Shown here piece after piece: positions 19,772 through 29,135 of a stretch of 64,000 nt of DNA. Within the stretch, counting starts at the first letter, position 1; each line of letters starts with the position of its first letter. Source of the DNA: Candidatus Saccharimonadales bacterium (GTDB lineage Bacteria > Patescibacteriota > Saccharimonadia > Saccharimonadales > EFPC-124); the NCBI GenBank assembly GCA_035457345.1, contig DATIBT010000033.1, positions 2,390 through 66,389 of the forward strand, written 5' to 3'. The notes beneath the pieces are model-generated. The model was not told the origin of the DNA and made no database searches. It saw only the letters and a program-made list of their open reading frames with translations. Both the position numbers and the translations under genes were made by a program.

Positions 19772-20160
19772 TGTTTTTAACCCTACGCACCGATAACCCG
19801 GACGCCGAAATCGGCGTGTTTGATACAGAAGGCAACCAACTCGACTATTACAAATGGCACGCCGACCGCAACCTGGCAAAGGAGTTACTAAGCACTATAC
19901 GCGACCGTTTGGCAACCCAAAAAGCCGATTGGTCGGCCATTACTGGACTGGTGGTATACCAAGGGCCCGGTTCGTTTACGGGCTTGCGTATTGGTGTAAC
20001 TGTGGTAAATGCCATCGCCTATGGCCAACAGGTGCCTATTGTTGCCGAACAGGGTGAGGAATGGATAAGTAAGGGGCTTAAGCGTCTCGCTAGTGGGGAC
20101 AATGACCGCTTGGCCTTGCCTCATTACGGCGCCGAAGCCAATATTACACTGGCCAAGTAG
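19771..20160 (+). CDS. tsaB: TsaB (short, N-terminal domain only)
   Basis: GPGSFTGLRIG motif; 129 aa; coupled to tsaE. Confidence 0.9.
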   Translation: MFLTLRTDNPDAEIGVFDTEGNQLDYYKWHADRNLAKELLSTIRDRLATQKADWSAITGLVVYQGPGSFTGLRIGVTVVNAIAYGQQVPIVAEQGEEWISKGLKRLASGDNDRLALPHYGAEANITLAK

Positions 20161-20533
20161 TGGTCGTGGCCGGTTCTTCTTGAATCTCGGAGATAGATGG
20201 CCAGCGGACAGTTAAGAACAGGCAATCAGTTATTGCTTCCCAGTTATGGTCGACACCGGGGCCCCACATAACGTAGTCACCTTGTTTGCTGAGGGTGATT
20301 ACTTTTTCGCGGAACAGGCAGTTGCAGCTACCAGAAATAAGAATGCCAATAGTGGTGCGAGTTTCGTTAGTTACCCACTCGCCACGCTTCCAGCCAGCTG
20401 GGTGATGACTCCATTTAATTTCGACATCTTTGGTTTTATGCAGGCCGGTCCAGTTGGGCAAAAAGTTGCCAACAATCCAACCGCGAGTGTCTTTGCCATC
20501 TTCAAAAGCATTGCCCTCATAAATATCCTGCAT
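20144..20533 (-). CDS. Cupin-fold small protein
   Basis: TRGWIVG, VEIKW..HP and GDYVMWGPGVDHNW cupin-like pattern. Confidence 0.7.
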   Translation of the reverse strand: MQDIYEGNAFEDGKDTRGWIVGNFLPNWTGLHKTKDVEIKWSHHPAGWKRGEWVTNETRTTIGILISGSCNCLFREKVITLSKQGDYVMWGPGVDHNWEAITDCLFLTVRWPSISEIQEEPATTTTWPV

Positions 20534-20584
20534 ACCCTACATATATCACAACGGTTATGGTTATGCCATTGTAGAATGTTGCTT

Positions 20585-20618
20585 CGTGGGGACACCAGAT
20601 AGACTGGTGCCCCCACGT
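20585..20618 (-). terminator. GC-rich hairpin after the FtsH-like gene
   Basis: CGTGGGGACACCAG-ataga-CTGGTGCCCCCACG (one mismatch). Confidence 0.6.
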
Positions 20619-20620
20619 TG

Positions 20621-22444
20621 TCACGCAGCCGCCGGGGCGGCGAAGAGCGCTTGCAGCCCTTCTGCATCGAGCGATTCGACTTCGAGCAGCTTGGTGCGCA
20701 GCAGCTCAAGTTTTTCGCGATGCCCGGTAAGTAGGGTGATCGCTGTCTGTTCAGCCTCCTTTACGAGCTTGTCAATCTCGGCAGTGACGTCGGCCAGGCG
20801 CGGGTCATGGCCTGAAGTTCCGAGTGGCACTTGGGCAGTGTACTTCTCGCCCATGCCCACTTTCGTCACCATGTAGGTGGCGAGTTGGGTTGCGACTTCG
20901 AGGTCAGACTCGGGGCCTGTGGTGAAGTCGTCGCCAAAGATCACCCGCTCGGCGGCCCGTCCGCCCATGTAGTAGGCGAGCCGGGCTTTGAGCTGTTTGA
21001 CTGTTAGGTACAGCCAGTCGCCGGTGTCCATGCGGGTATGGCCGCCGGATCCGCCTCTGGGCACAATGGTTACCCGGTGGGGCGGGTCGCCATGCTCTAG
21101 CAGCATCGCTACCAGTGCGTGGCCGCTTTCGTGGTATGCCGTGTAGTTGCGGTCACGCTCGGCTACTTCCCGGTTGCGTGCCAGGCCCACTTCGATGATC
21201 TCCAGGGCATCCCTGAAGTCCTTCATGGTGACACTTGGCGCGTCCCGCTTGATAGCAAGCAGACCTGCCTGGTTGCATAGAGCAGCCAGCTTTGCGCCGG
21301 TCATGCCGCTGGTGAGTCGCGCCAGCTCGGCATACGACACGTCGTCGTCCACTTGGGCGAGCTTAGCGGCATGGAGCCGCAGGATCAGCTCGCGTGCCTT
21401 AGGATCGGGTGCAGGCATGCTGGCATGCCGTGTGAAGCGACCCGGACGCATGATGCCAGGGTCGAGATCGTCAGGCCGGTTAGTCGCACCGAGCACTAGG
21501 ATTGTCGCGTCCGTGTCCTCTGTGAAACCGTCCATCTGCGCCAGCAGCTCGTTGAGCGTGTTGTTGAGCTCCTTGCTGCCGGAGTCGTCGTTGCTACTCC
21601 GCTTGCTGGCGATTGAGTCAATCTCGTCGATGAACAGAATACCCCGTCCGTGACGGCGAATTTGTGCGAACGCCTCCTTGACGGCGCGCGGGCCGTCGTT
21701 CAGCCAGCGGCCCATGAAGTCGGAACCCTTCATAGAGAAGAACGGCACACCGGCTTCACCAGCAATAGCTCGTGCCAACAGCGTCTTGCCCGTACCGGGA
21801 TCTCCCAGAAGGAGAATGCCGGTGAGGGGCTTGACCCCGCGCGCTTTGTACTTCTCGGGGTACTTGAGTGCGTCGACGCTTTGGGCGATTTCGGCAATGA
21901 CCTCGTCGGCACCGCCAACATCCTTGAAGCGCACGTTGGGTATGGCGGCGGGCGCTACCACCACGCCAGATGACTTCAGGCTATTTCCTATGCTCATACT
22001 CCTTAATGTGGTGCGATTGAGCCATATCAGGAGTAGGAGGAACAGGAATAGGAATAGGAATCCAAAGAACCACTGGTATTTTTCGGCAAAGCCCTTGCCT
22101 GCCACGGTCAGTGGGACACGTGGATTGGCCTTTTCGGCCGCCTCGACAAGATTCGGGCCGTAGCCTGTGGGGTAGGCCACCAGATAACCCTCACCATCCT
22201 TTAGCGTGACGGTCATCTGGTTGTGGTCGTTTTGGAGCTCTAGCTCCTGCACCTTCTGCTGCTTCAGGTCGGCATAGAACTGGCTGATCGGTTTGGTGTC
22301 TGGCTTGTGCTTCTCCGGCGAGGCAAGTAATGGCCACATGAGGAAGAAGACCATCAACGCCAACACTGGCCATACCGGTTTCAAGTGCACTGCGACCGGC
22401 TTGGCCTTCTCGCGCCACCAGCGCTTAAACTGTAGAACGTTCAC
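20621..22444 (-). CDS. ftsH: Divergent FtsH-family ATP-dependent Zn metalloprotease (GC-rich)
   Basis: Two TMs, GDPGTGKT, ILFIDEID, ATNRPDDLD..RPGRF, HESGH and GGRAAE. GTG start after AGGAG. Confidence 0.85.
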   Translation of the reverse strand: MNVLQFKRWWREKAKPVAVHLKPVWPVLALMVFFLMWPLLASPEKHKPDTKPISQFYADLKQQKVQELELQNDHNQMTVTLKDGEGYLVAYPTGYGPNLVEAAEKANPRVPLTVAGKGFAEKYQWFFGFLFLFLFLLLLIWLNRTTLRSMSIGNSLKSSGVVVAPAAIPNVRFKDVGGADEVIAEIAQSVDALKYPEKYKARGVKPLTGILLLGDPGTGKTLLARAIAGEAGVPFFSMKGSDFMGRWLNDGPRAVKEAFAQIRRHGRGILFIDEIDSIASKRSSNDDSGSKELNNTLNELLAQMDGFTEDTDATILVLGATNRPDDLDPGIMRPGRFTRHASMPAPDPKARELILRLHAAKLAQVDDDVSYAELARLTSGMTGAKLAALCNQAGLLAIKRDAPSVTMKDFRDALEIIEVGLARNREVAERDRNYTAYHESGHALVAMLLEHGDPPHRVTIVPRGGSGGHTRMDTGDWLYLTVKQLKARLAYYMGGRAAERVIFGDDFTTGPESDLEVATQLATYMVTKVGMGEKYTAQVPLGTSGHDPRLADVTAEIDKLVKEAEQTAITLLTGHREKLELLRTKLLEVESLDAEGLQALFAAPAAA

Positions 22445-22529
22445 CACTCTCCTAGTTTTTCTAGGTTTTGCGGACTTGTTGATTTTAAAATGAACTCGTA
22501 CATTAGTAAATGGCGCATTCCAGTAGTGT

Positions 22530-22559
22530 TTGACGTATGCCAAAAATACAGCGTACAAT
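22530..22559 (+). promoter_or_regulatory. sigma70-type promoter of rny
   Basis: TTGACG-18 nt-TACAAT, about 150 nt upstream of the start codon. Confidence 0.6.
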
Positions 22560-22708
22560 AAAGTCAGGTTTTCAGTATGTTAACCAACTGACTGTTTTCA
22601 ATATAACTTTTATGTATTCAGGAAATCAGATACCGCTTGCGTAACACATAGAGTGAGCATTGCTATTCGCTATATTTGCGAGCGGTAGCTGCCAGAAGGA
22701 AGGAAAAT

Positions 22709-24226
22709 ATGGAGCTAGGAGTTATCTTAGCAGCATTACTCGGCGCCGGGGCTGGCGCGGGTGGTGTCTTTGTCGTAAATCAGCGACAGGGCGCGGCCGG
22801 GGCAGCCAAAGCGGCGCAGCTTATTGCTGACGCAAAAAGTAAGGCCAAGACCATTGAGCTTGAGGCAAAAGACAAAGCCCTCAAAATAACTGACGAGGCC
22901 ACTAAAGAAGGCCAGAAGCGTCGTAACGATTTGACTGCCATTGAAAAACGATTGGCCGAACGCGAAGAAAATATAGACAAAAAACTTGAGGACTTGGACA
23001 AGCGCAGCGACAAGCTCCGCCGCGAAGAAGGCGAAGTAGACGCACTCAAGAATGATATTCGGCAGATTCGCGAACAGCAGATGGCGAAGCTCGAAAAAGT
23101 TGCTGGGCTGACCAAAAAGGAAGCTGGCGAAAAGCTCATGCAGATGACTGAGCGCGACGTAAGTAAAGATCTCCTTGGTCTGGTCAACAAGCTGCAAAAT
23201 GACGCCATGCAAGATGCCGAAGAACGTGCCCAAACCATTCTGGTGAGCGCCATGGAGCGCATGGCATCAGAGGTGACTTCAGAAAAGACTGTTACTGCCG
23301 TAAAGCTGACCGACGACGAAATGAAAGGCCGTATCATTGGCAAAGAAGGCCGCAACATTCAAGCCATTCAGCGGGAAACTGGTGTGGATATTTTGGTAGA
23401 CGACACGCCTGGCATGGTGGTGCTTAGCAGCTTTGACCCGATCCGTCGCCAAGTTGCCCGGGCTGCACTTGAGATGCTCATGAAAGACGGCCGCATTCAC
23501 CCTGCTCGCATTGAAGAGGTGGTCGCTAAAGCCCAGAAGGCTATCGACAAAGAAATTGACCAAGCGGGCGAAGATGCAATCCGCGAAGTTGGCGTTGTTG
23601 GTTTGGTGCCAAAAGAAATGCAGCGCCTGCTTGGTGAACTGAAATTCCGCACAAGCTATGGTCAGAACGTACTGAAGCATTCAACAGAGATGGCGCACAT
23701 TGCTGGGCTCATTGCCGAAGAGATTGGCGCAGATGTCCGTACGGTAAAGGTCGCCGCGCTACTACACGACACTGGCAAGGCCCTTACGCATAAAATCGAA
23801 GGCAAGCACCACCACATTAGCGCTGAAATGGCCCGCAAGTACGGCATGCCTGACCCAATTGTGCACGCTATTGAGGCCCATCATGACGACATAGAGGCAA
23901 CGACGCCAGAGGCATTGGTAGTGAGGGTTGTTGACGCGCTTAGCGCTGCCCGCCCAGGCGCCCGCAACATTAGCGCGGAAAACTTTGTGGAGCGCATGCG
24001 CGAATTAGAAAACGTTGCCCTTGGTTTTGATGGCATAGACAAAGCCTATGCCATAAGTGCCGGCCGCGAAGTCCGCGTGATTGTGAAGCCGCAGCAAGTT
24101 GACGACCTCAGTGCCATTAAACTTGCCCGCGACATTGCCACCAAAATTGAAAGCACTATGCAATACCCCGGCACCATTAAGGTGAATGTGATCCGCGAGA
24201 CCCGCGCGACCGAATACGCCAAATAA
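22709..24226 (+). CDS. rny: Ribonuclease Y
   Basis: N-terminal TM, coiled coil, KH motif (KGRIIGKEGRNI), HD motif (LLHDTGK), SAARPGAR and AGREVRVIV. Confidence 0.97.
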   Translation: MELGVILAALLGAGAGAGGVFVVNQRQGAAGAAKAAQLIADAKSKAKTIELEAKDKALKITDEATKEGQKRRNDLTAIEKRLAEREENIDKKLEDLDKRSDKLRREEGEVDALKNDIRQIREQQMAKLEKVAGLTKKEAGEKLMQMTERDVSKDLLGLVNKLQNDAMQDAEERAQTILVSAMERMASEVTSEKTVTAVKLTDDEMKGRIIGKEGRNIQAIQRETGVDILVDDTPGMVVLSSFDPIRRQVARAALEMLMKDGRIHPARIEEVVAKAQKAIDKEIDQAGEDAIREVGVVGLVPKEMQRLLGELKFRTSYGQNVLKHSTEMAHIAGLIAEEIGADVRTVKVAALLHDTGKALTHKIEGKHHHISAEMARKYGMPDPIVHAIEAHHDDIEATTPEALVVRVVDALSAARPGARNISAENFVERMRELENVALGFDGIDKAYAISAGREVRVIVKPQQVDDLSAIKLARDIATKIESTMQYPGTIKVNVIRETRATEYAK

Positions 24227-24227
24227 C

Positions 24228-24761
24228 ATGAAAACCATCTATTACGTCCGCCACGGTGAATCAGAAGGCAACGCGGCGGGCGTTTTAGTTGACGCTAGCC
24301 TAGATGCGCCGTTGACTACGCGGGGCGAACGGCAGGCGCGGCAAGCAACAGTATTGCTGGAAGGCAAGCAAATTGATGCCATTATTGCCTCCCCAATGCG
24401 CCGGGCGCTTCAAACCGCCCGAATTATTGCCGACGGGTTGGGGTACAAAAAGGAAGTTGTCGCCGATGCACTATTTACCGAACGCGACTTAGGGAGCGCC
24501 ACAGGCCTGCCGCGAGAAGAAGGCTTGGCGCTGGTTAGAAGCGGTAAAGCGGTCGGCTTCGAAACCGAAGAACAACTCTACGACCGGGCAATGAAGGCCA
24601 TCGAAAAGCTACGTGTCCTACCCGAAGATCATATTCTCGTTGTTGGCCATAATGGTATGGGTAAAATGATGCGCCTTGCCATTGAAGGTAAGCCTGCTAG
24701 CGAATTTACCGTTGGTGAACGCCTCGAACATGCTAAAGTCTACGAGTTTATTCTGGGGTAG
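24228..24761 (+). CDS. Histidine phosphatase family protein
   Basis: RHGESEGN, SPMRRALQTA and VVGH motifs. Confidence 0.9.
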   Translation: MKTIYYVRHGESEGNAAGVLVDASLDAPLTTRGERQARQATVLLEGKQIDAIIASPMRRALQTARIIADGLGYKKEVVADALFTERDLGSATGLPREEGLALVRSGKAVGFETEEQLYDRAMKAIEKLRVLPEDHILVVGHNGMGKMMRLAIEGKPASEFTVGERLEHAKVYEFILG

Positions 24762-24835
24762 TCATAAGCATAAACCGCTGCATACCCTGCGTAGAAATTT
24801 TGTTAACTCGCTATATATTTGGCATAATAATGAAT

Positions 24836-25237
24836 ATGGCAGAGCTAAGCTTCGACGACGTACGCCGAGCAGCCCAGACAGCTGCAACTAGCTTACAAAC
24901 TGCCCTGAACGATATCCGGACAAATATTCAGAACACCCGCGGTGACATTAGCCGGCTCAATCCCAACAACGACTTCCAATATCGATTCAACAACTTAGAA
25001 CGACAAATAAACGATTTAAACCAGTATACCCAGCGGCTTATGTTGGCGTTGCAGAATTTACAGGCAGTCAGTTCGACCGCCCAGCAAAATCAGCAACTGG
25101 TGCTGCGAGTAGAACAGCGACTGGTCAACACGGAGCATATGATTGGCGAACTTACCCGTTATGTAGAGGTCATGCACGCTCAAATGGTGCAATTAAGTGA
25201 AACGGCAACGCGATTATACAGCCGGGCAGAGCCTTGA
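24836..25237 (+). CDS. Coiled-coil hypothetical protein
   Basis: Q/N/L-rich heptad pattern; CATAAT lies 7 nt before the ATG. Confidence 0.7.
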   Translation: MAELSFDDVRRAAQTAATSLQTALNDIRTNIQNTRGDISRLNPNNDFQYRFNNLERQINDLNQYTQRLMLALQNLQAVSSTAQQNQQLVLRVEQRLVNTEHMIGELTRYVEVMHAQMVQLSETATRLYSRAEP

Positions 25238-26043
25238 TGCTAAAGGTGCTTTATTTAGGCGACATTATGGGCCGCCCTGGCCGCGACGTGGTCAGGTACA
25301 TATTGCCCAAACTTCGTGAAACCTATACACCCGATCTAGTCATTGCTCAGTCCGAAAACGTCAGTCATGGCAAAGGTATCAGTCCGGGTCATGTGCACGA
25401 ACTGCAAAAGCTTGGGATAGATGTGTTTACTGGCGGCAATCATACTATTGAACGCCCGGCCGTGAAGCCGCTTTTGGCCGACGCGGCGGTGCCCGTACTC
25501 GCACCCATAAATCAAGAAGGGGTAGAGCTGGCATGGGGCGCAAAGCGCGTCGCCACAGCCAAGGGCGATGTGCTAGTGGTGAGCTTGCTTGGGAGTGTTT
25601 TTCCAACCCCGTTTCCCATGAGGAATCCGCTACTGGTAATCGATGACCTGCTTGCGAGCGATAAAAGTAAGGGTGTGGTGGGAACAATTGTTAATTTCCA
25701 TGCTGATCTATCGAGCGAAAAGCGTGTGATTGGCTATTATTTAGATGGCCGGGTGAGTGCGGTGATTGGCGACCACTGGCACGTGCCATCGGCTGACGCC
25801 ATGGTGCTGCCAAAGGGTACGGCGCACATAACCGATGCGGGCATGTGTGGCACGCTTCACAGCAGCCTGGGGGTGACAAAAGAAATCATTGTGGCCCGCT
25901 GGCGCGACGGGGCGAAGCTCAAGAATGATATTGCCGAGGGCGGGCCGTGGCAGGCGAACGGGGTGGTGGTGACGATTGATACAAAAACCGGATTCGCAAA
26001 AAAGATAGTGCAGGTGAATGAGGTGATTGAAAAGTTACAGTAG
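25237..26043 (+). CDS. ymdB: YmdB-like metallophosphoesterase
   Basis: GDIMGRPGR, TGGNH, NFHAD..SEK, GDHWHVP and ITDAGMCG motifs; close to rny. Confidence 0.9.
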   Translation: MLKVLYLGDIMGRPGRDVVRYILPKLRETYTPDLVIAQSENVSHGKGISPGHVHELQKLGIDVFTGGNHTIERPAVKPLLADAAVPVLAPINQEGVELAWGAKRVATAKGDVLVVSLLGSVFPTPFPMRNPLLVIDDLLASDKSKGVVGTIVNFHADLSSEKRVIGYYLDGRVSAVIGDHWHVPSADAMVLPKGTAHITDAGMCGTLHSSLGVTKEIIVARWRDGAKLKNDIAEGGPWQANGVVVTIDTKTGFAKKIVQVNEVIEKLQ

Positions 26044-26181
26044 TTAGGATATAATTCAAGCTGTTCGTTTGGCGGTTTTACCAAAGGCCGATATGGGCAT
26101 ACTATCGTTTTCCCCTCGTTCGCGATAAATCGCTCCACTCGGGCGTGAAGTAGGAAAACGTTAATTGCCACCGGCAATTAA

Positions 26182-26259
26182 CGGGGCGTGGCGCAGTCCG
26201 GTTAGCGCGCGCGGTTTGGGACCGCGAGGTCGAAGGTTCGAATCCTTTCGCCCCGACCA
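26182..26259 (+). tRNA. tRNA-Pro(TGG)
   Basis: Cloverleaf CGGGGCG...CGCCCCG-ACCA; anticodon loop TTTGGGA; GGTTCGAATCC. Confidence 0.97.
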
Positions 26260-26299
26260 AGAAAAATGTCCGACCTTTGTGGTCGGACATTTTTCTTGG
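26257..26299. terminator. Long perfect hairpin after tRNA-Pro
   Basis: CCAAGAAAAATGTCCGACC-tttgt-GGTCGGACATTTTTCTTGG. Confidence 0.8.
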
Positions 26300-26346
26300 T
26301 GGAGAGTGATTCGCCCGGCCTCCTCTCATTTGCTATCATTAGAGTA

Positions 26347-26808
26347 ATGCCTACGCGTTCTGCTGGTTTTGCATTGATCGAACTGGGGGTCGTCCTGGTG
26401 ATTATTGGCTCACTGTTATTTATTGTGGTGACGCAGACGGTTCAATCTCACTCGCAGTCGGGTAATATCCAGCGGCGCGCCGACGTGAACAGTATTTTGA
26501 ACGCTGTATTGGCGTACGCAAAAGATAATGGTGGCAAGCTCCCGGAAGGCGTGGCACAGCAGCCAAAACTTATTGCTTCAACAAATGCCGAGAGTGCCGT
26601 GAACTTATGCCATGCCTTGGTGCCCAAGTATTTAACCACCATTCCTATTGATCCGAATAATGGGTTAGCCGTGCCGGTCGGCTCCAAATGCAACGAAAAG
26701 AATGCCCGCTATAGCAGCGGCTACATGGTCCAAGCAACTCCGGACAATAAGGTGCTTGTCAGTGCGCCTGGTGCCGACGGCACTGACGCTATTTTTGCCC
26801 AGAATTAA
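26347..26808 (+). CDS. Orphan type IV pilin, paralogue of 43502..43975
   Basis: AG|FALIELGVV; shares QRR.D.N.ILNA and NLC.ALVP.Y...IP.DP with the locus-2 pilin. Confidence 0.85.
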   Translation: MPTRSAGFALIELGVVLVIIGSLLFIVVTQTVQSHSQSGNIQRRADVNSILNAVLAYAKDNGGKLPEGVAQQPKLIASTNAESAVNLCHALVPKYLTTIPIDPNNGLAVPVGSKCNEKNARYSSGYMVQATPDNKVLVSAPGADGTDAIFAQN

Positions 26809-27896
26809 GCCGCTAGCACTATTCCTTTGTTGGCATCGACTGTTACTTTTTGACCTTCTTTTAGGATGGAGGTAGCATTTTTTGTACCTGTAACGCACGG
26901 CTTTTTGAGCTCGCGCGCGATTATGGCTGCATGGCTGAGTACGCCACCTAGGTCGGTGACAATGGCTGCGGCTTGTTGCATGAGCGGCAGGTAGTCAGGG
27001 GTGGTCATGTGGCAGACAAGCACGTCGTTCGCGTTCAAGCGCACCTTTGCAATGGCGTCGGCAGCTACAATACGCACCACGCCACTTGCCTGGCCTACGC
27101 TGCCTGCTCGCCCTTTTACAAGTGCTGCCTTGGTTGTTTTGACTGGTGGTTGCACCTCGTAAATGTCGGCCAGCAGACGATTGTAATCGATAAACCAAAT
27201 GCCATACTCTTCTGATTTTGAGGTTTCAAAATAGCCTTTGAGATAATCATGGGCGAACTCAGCCCCTAGCTCTTTTTTGAGTTTCTTTTGCTGCTCAGGA
27301 TTAGTTACTTTAATTTTTTCAACCACTTCAATCAGGTGGTCTTTAATGCCTGGCTGCAGGCCGTCGAACTTCCATGTTTTAAAATCGTAGGCAAATGTGG
27401 TTGGTGGCACATCTTCGTAGAACCCCTGAGTGAGGGAGTTGGGCTGACCTTTTTTGGCCTCGCCAAAGATACCCTTGTTGGTGACGGTAAAGATGGTGGC
27501 CCATTTGGCGTCGTCGTGGGGCACAAAGTCAACGTCGTAATCTTTGGGATTGACCTTTTGCTCGTCGAACCACTCAAGCGCCTTTTTAATGCTATAACCG
27601 CGCATGCGTAATTTGGGTACGGTTGGTTTGAGGGGGATAAGCCGGATGGCACATAATTCGTCGCCATGTTGCTCTACGAACATGCGCAGCGTTACGGTAC
27701 GCTTGGCAACTTCGGTGCCTTTAAAGCGCGACGGCTTACCAAACGGCAGGCCGATTATCTTTTGCAATGTGTCGAGCCGGTCATGTTTGCGGGCGTCTTC
27801 CTCGCGTAGCTCCTTGGCGCGCGGATCACCAATTGCCTCAAACCATTCTGTAAGTGAAATTTGTTTTTCGTAGAGTTTGGTCAGATAGGAATCCAT
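26805..27896 (-). CDS. PEP-utilising mobile (phospho-His) domain protein with uncharacterised N-terminal domain
   Basis: C-terminal MTTPDY...GGVLSHAAIIARELKKPCV; AGGAG RBS before MDSY. Confidence 0.85.
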   Translation of the reverse strand: MDSYLTKLYEKQISLTEWFEAIGDPRAKELREEDARKHDRLDTLQKIIGLPFGKPSRFKGTEVAKRTVTLRMFVEQHGDELCAIRLIPLKPTVPKLRMRGYSIKKALEWFDEQKVNPKDYDVDFVPHDDAKWATIFTVTNKGIFGEAKKGQPNSLTQGFYEDVPPTTFAYDFKTWKFDGLQPGIKDHLIEVVEKIKVTNPEQQKKLKKELGAEFAHDYLKGYFETSKSEEYGIWFIDYNRLLADIYEVQPPVKTTKAALVKGRAGSVGQASGVVRIVAADAIAKVRLNANDVLVCHMTTPDYLPLMQQAAAIVTDLGGVLSHAAIIARELKKPCVTGTKNATSILKEGQKVTVDANKGIVLAA

Positions 27897-27904
27897 AATC
27901 CTCC

Positions 27905-28687
27905 TTACAGGGTTGTTATTGGCCGCGCTTGCAAAATATACAGTTGGCCGGTTGTGCCATACGCCCACTCAACGTCAACAGGGTAGCCATAGTGATCTTC
28001 TATGGCTGTCACCGTACGGGCAAGCTCTTTGAGCTGCCTGGGCTTGAGGCTTGGGTTGTTTTGTTTGTGCGGCGGAACTGCTGCTTCTATGGTAGCGCCT
28101 TGCTCGTAGGTAAGAAAGGTGAGTTTAGTGGCAATGTCTTGATCCAAGAGGTTCCCTTGTTTGGTGAGGAGGTAGTTGTCGGGGGTAGCAGTGCCCTGTA
28201 CAAGCAGCTCGCCTAATCCGTAAACCGACTCAATGACTAATTCGTTACGATTACCGGTAACAGGGTTGGCGCTGAATGCCACGCCGGCAATCTCACTATG
28301 GATCATTTGTTGCACGAGCACGGCAAGGTCAAAGCTCTCCCCAGAGGCGTAGGCTCTTGTCCTGGCGGATTGCGCGGAAGCTATGCAGGTTTGCACTGCC
28401 TGGCAAAGCTCGCTTTGTGTAACATGCAACAATGTCGCAAATTGTCCGGCCCACGATTTGTCTTTGCCGTCTTCGCCAATACCAGATGAGCGGACGGCAA
28501 CGTTTTCTAATTCGAGCTCTTCGTAGGCGGTGAGTAACTCTTCGTCAGAAATGGCGGAGCCCGCTAGCACGGCAAACCCCGTCGGCACTTGGTGGCCAGC
28601 GGCCATGAGCTCCCCTAGGCGTGCCGCCTTGCCACCCACAAGGGGTGTGTCGCTGGCCCGAATATCTGTAAGATACTTGATGCTCAT
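27905..28687 (-). CDS. PEP/pyruvate-binding (PPDK_N, ATP-grasp) domain protein
   Basis: VGGKAARL, VAVRSS..ED..SWAGQF, GLGELLVQG, DVEWA and LYILQARPIT motifs. Confidence 0.9.
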   Translation of the reverse strand: MSIKYLTDIRASDTPLVGGKAARLGELMAAGHQVPTGFAVLAGSAISDEELLTAYEELELENVAVRSSGIGEDGKDKSWAGQFATLLHVTQSELCQAVQTCIASAQSARTRAYASGESFDLAVLVQQMIHSEIAGVAFSANPVTGNRNELVIESVYGLGELLVQGTATPDNYLLTKQGNLLDQDIATKLTFLTYEQGATIEAAVPPHKQNNPSLKPRQLKELARTVTAIEDHYGYPVDVEWAYGTTGQLYILQARPITTL

Positions 28688-28748
28688 TGTCGGTTGCTGG
28701 AGTTACTTGTTGTGTTGTGGCTCAAATGCCGGATGCGGTGATGGGGGA

Positions 28749-29135
28749 TTACTCTAGTTTCCATGTAATTTTCTCTCCACCATTTGGCAAATAGTAGGCA
28801 GCACTTTTTTGGACGAGCACGTCATCTACATAGAAGTTCCAATATGTATTATCAGCTCCGCCCTTTACGCCGTTAATAGCGGTAACGAACGGGCCGTACG
28901 ATGAATGTTGTGTTTCTACGCTCGCATGTGCTTTGAGCTGATCAAGTATGCTCGTGCCTTCGCTGGCGATAAACGACAGCTCGGTCGTTTGGGCGGGTAG
29001 CCCCTGTTGGGTTACGGTTTCAGCGCCCTTTACGGCGGTGTGAGATGGTTTTTCGACCAATGTTAACGTAGTGATGCCGAGACCGATGGCCGCAAGCGCC
29101 AGTACACTGGTCGCAATAGTTTTTATTTTTTTCAT
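28749..29135 (-). CDS. Secreted DUF4430 (transcobalamin C-terminal-like) protein
   Basis: Signal MKKIKT...; YGPFVTAINGV..YWNFYVD..SA..Y...GEKITW. Confidence 0.8.
   Translation of the reverse strand: MKKIKTIATSVLALAAIGLGITTLTLVEKPSHTAVKGAETVTQQGLPAQTTELSFIASEGTSILDQLKAHASVETQHSSYGPFVTAINGVKGGADNTYWNFYVDDVLVQKSAAYYLPNGGEKITWKLE

Noticed and set aside
19771-20160. tsaB as a pseudogene
   Set aside because: The ORF is intact and coupled to tsaE, keeps its key motif, and has no downstream remnant. Short TsaB is plausible in reduced genomes.
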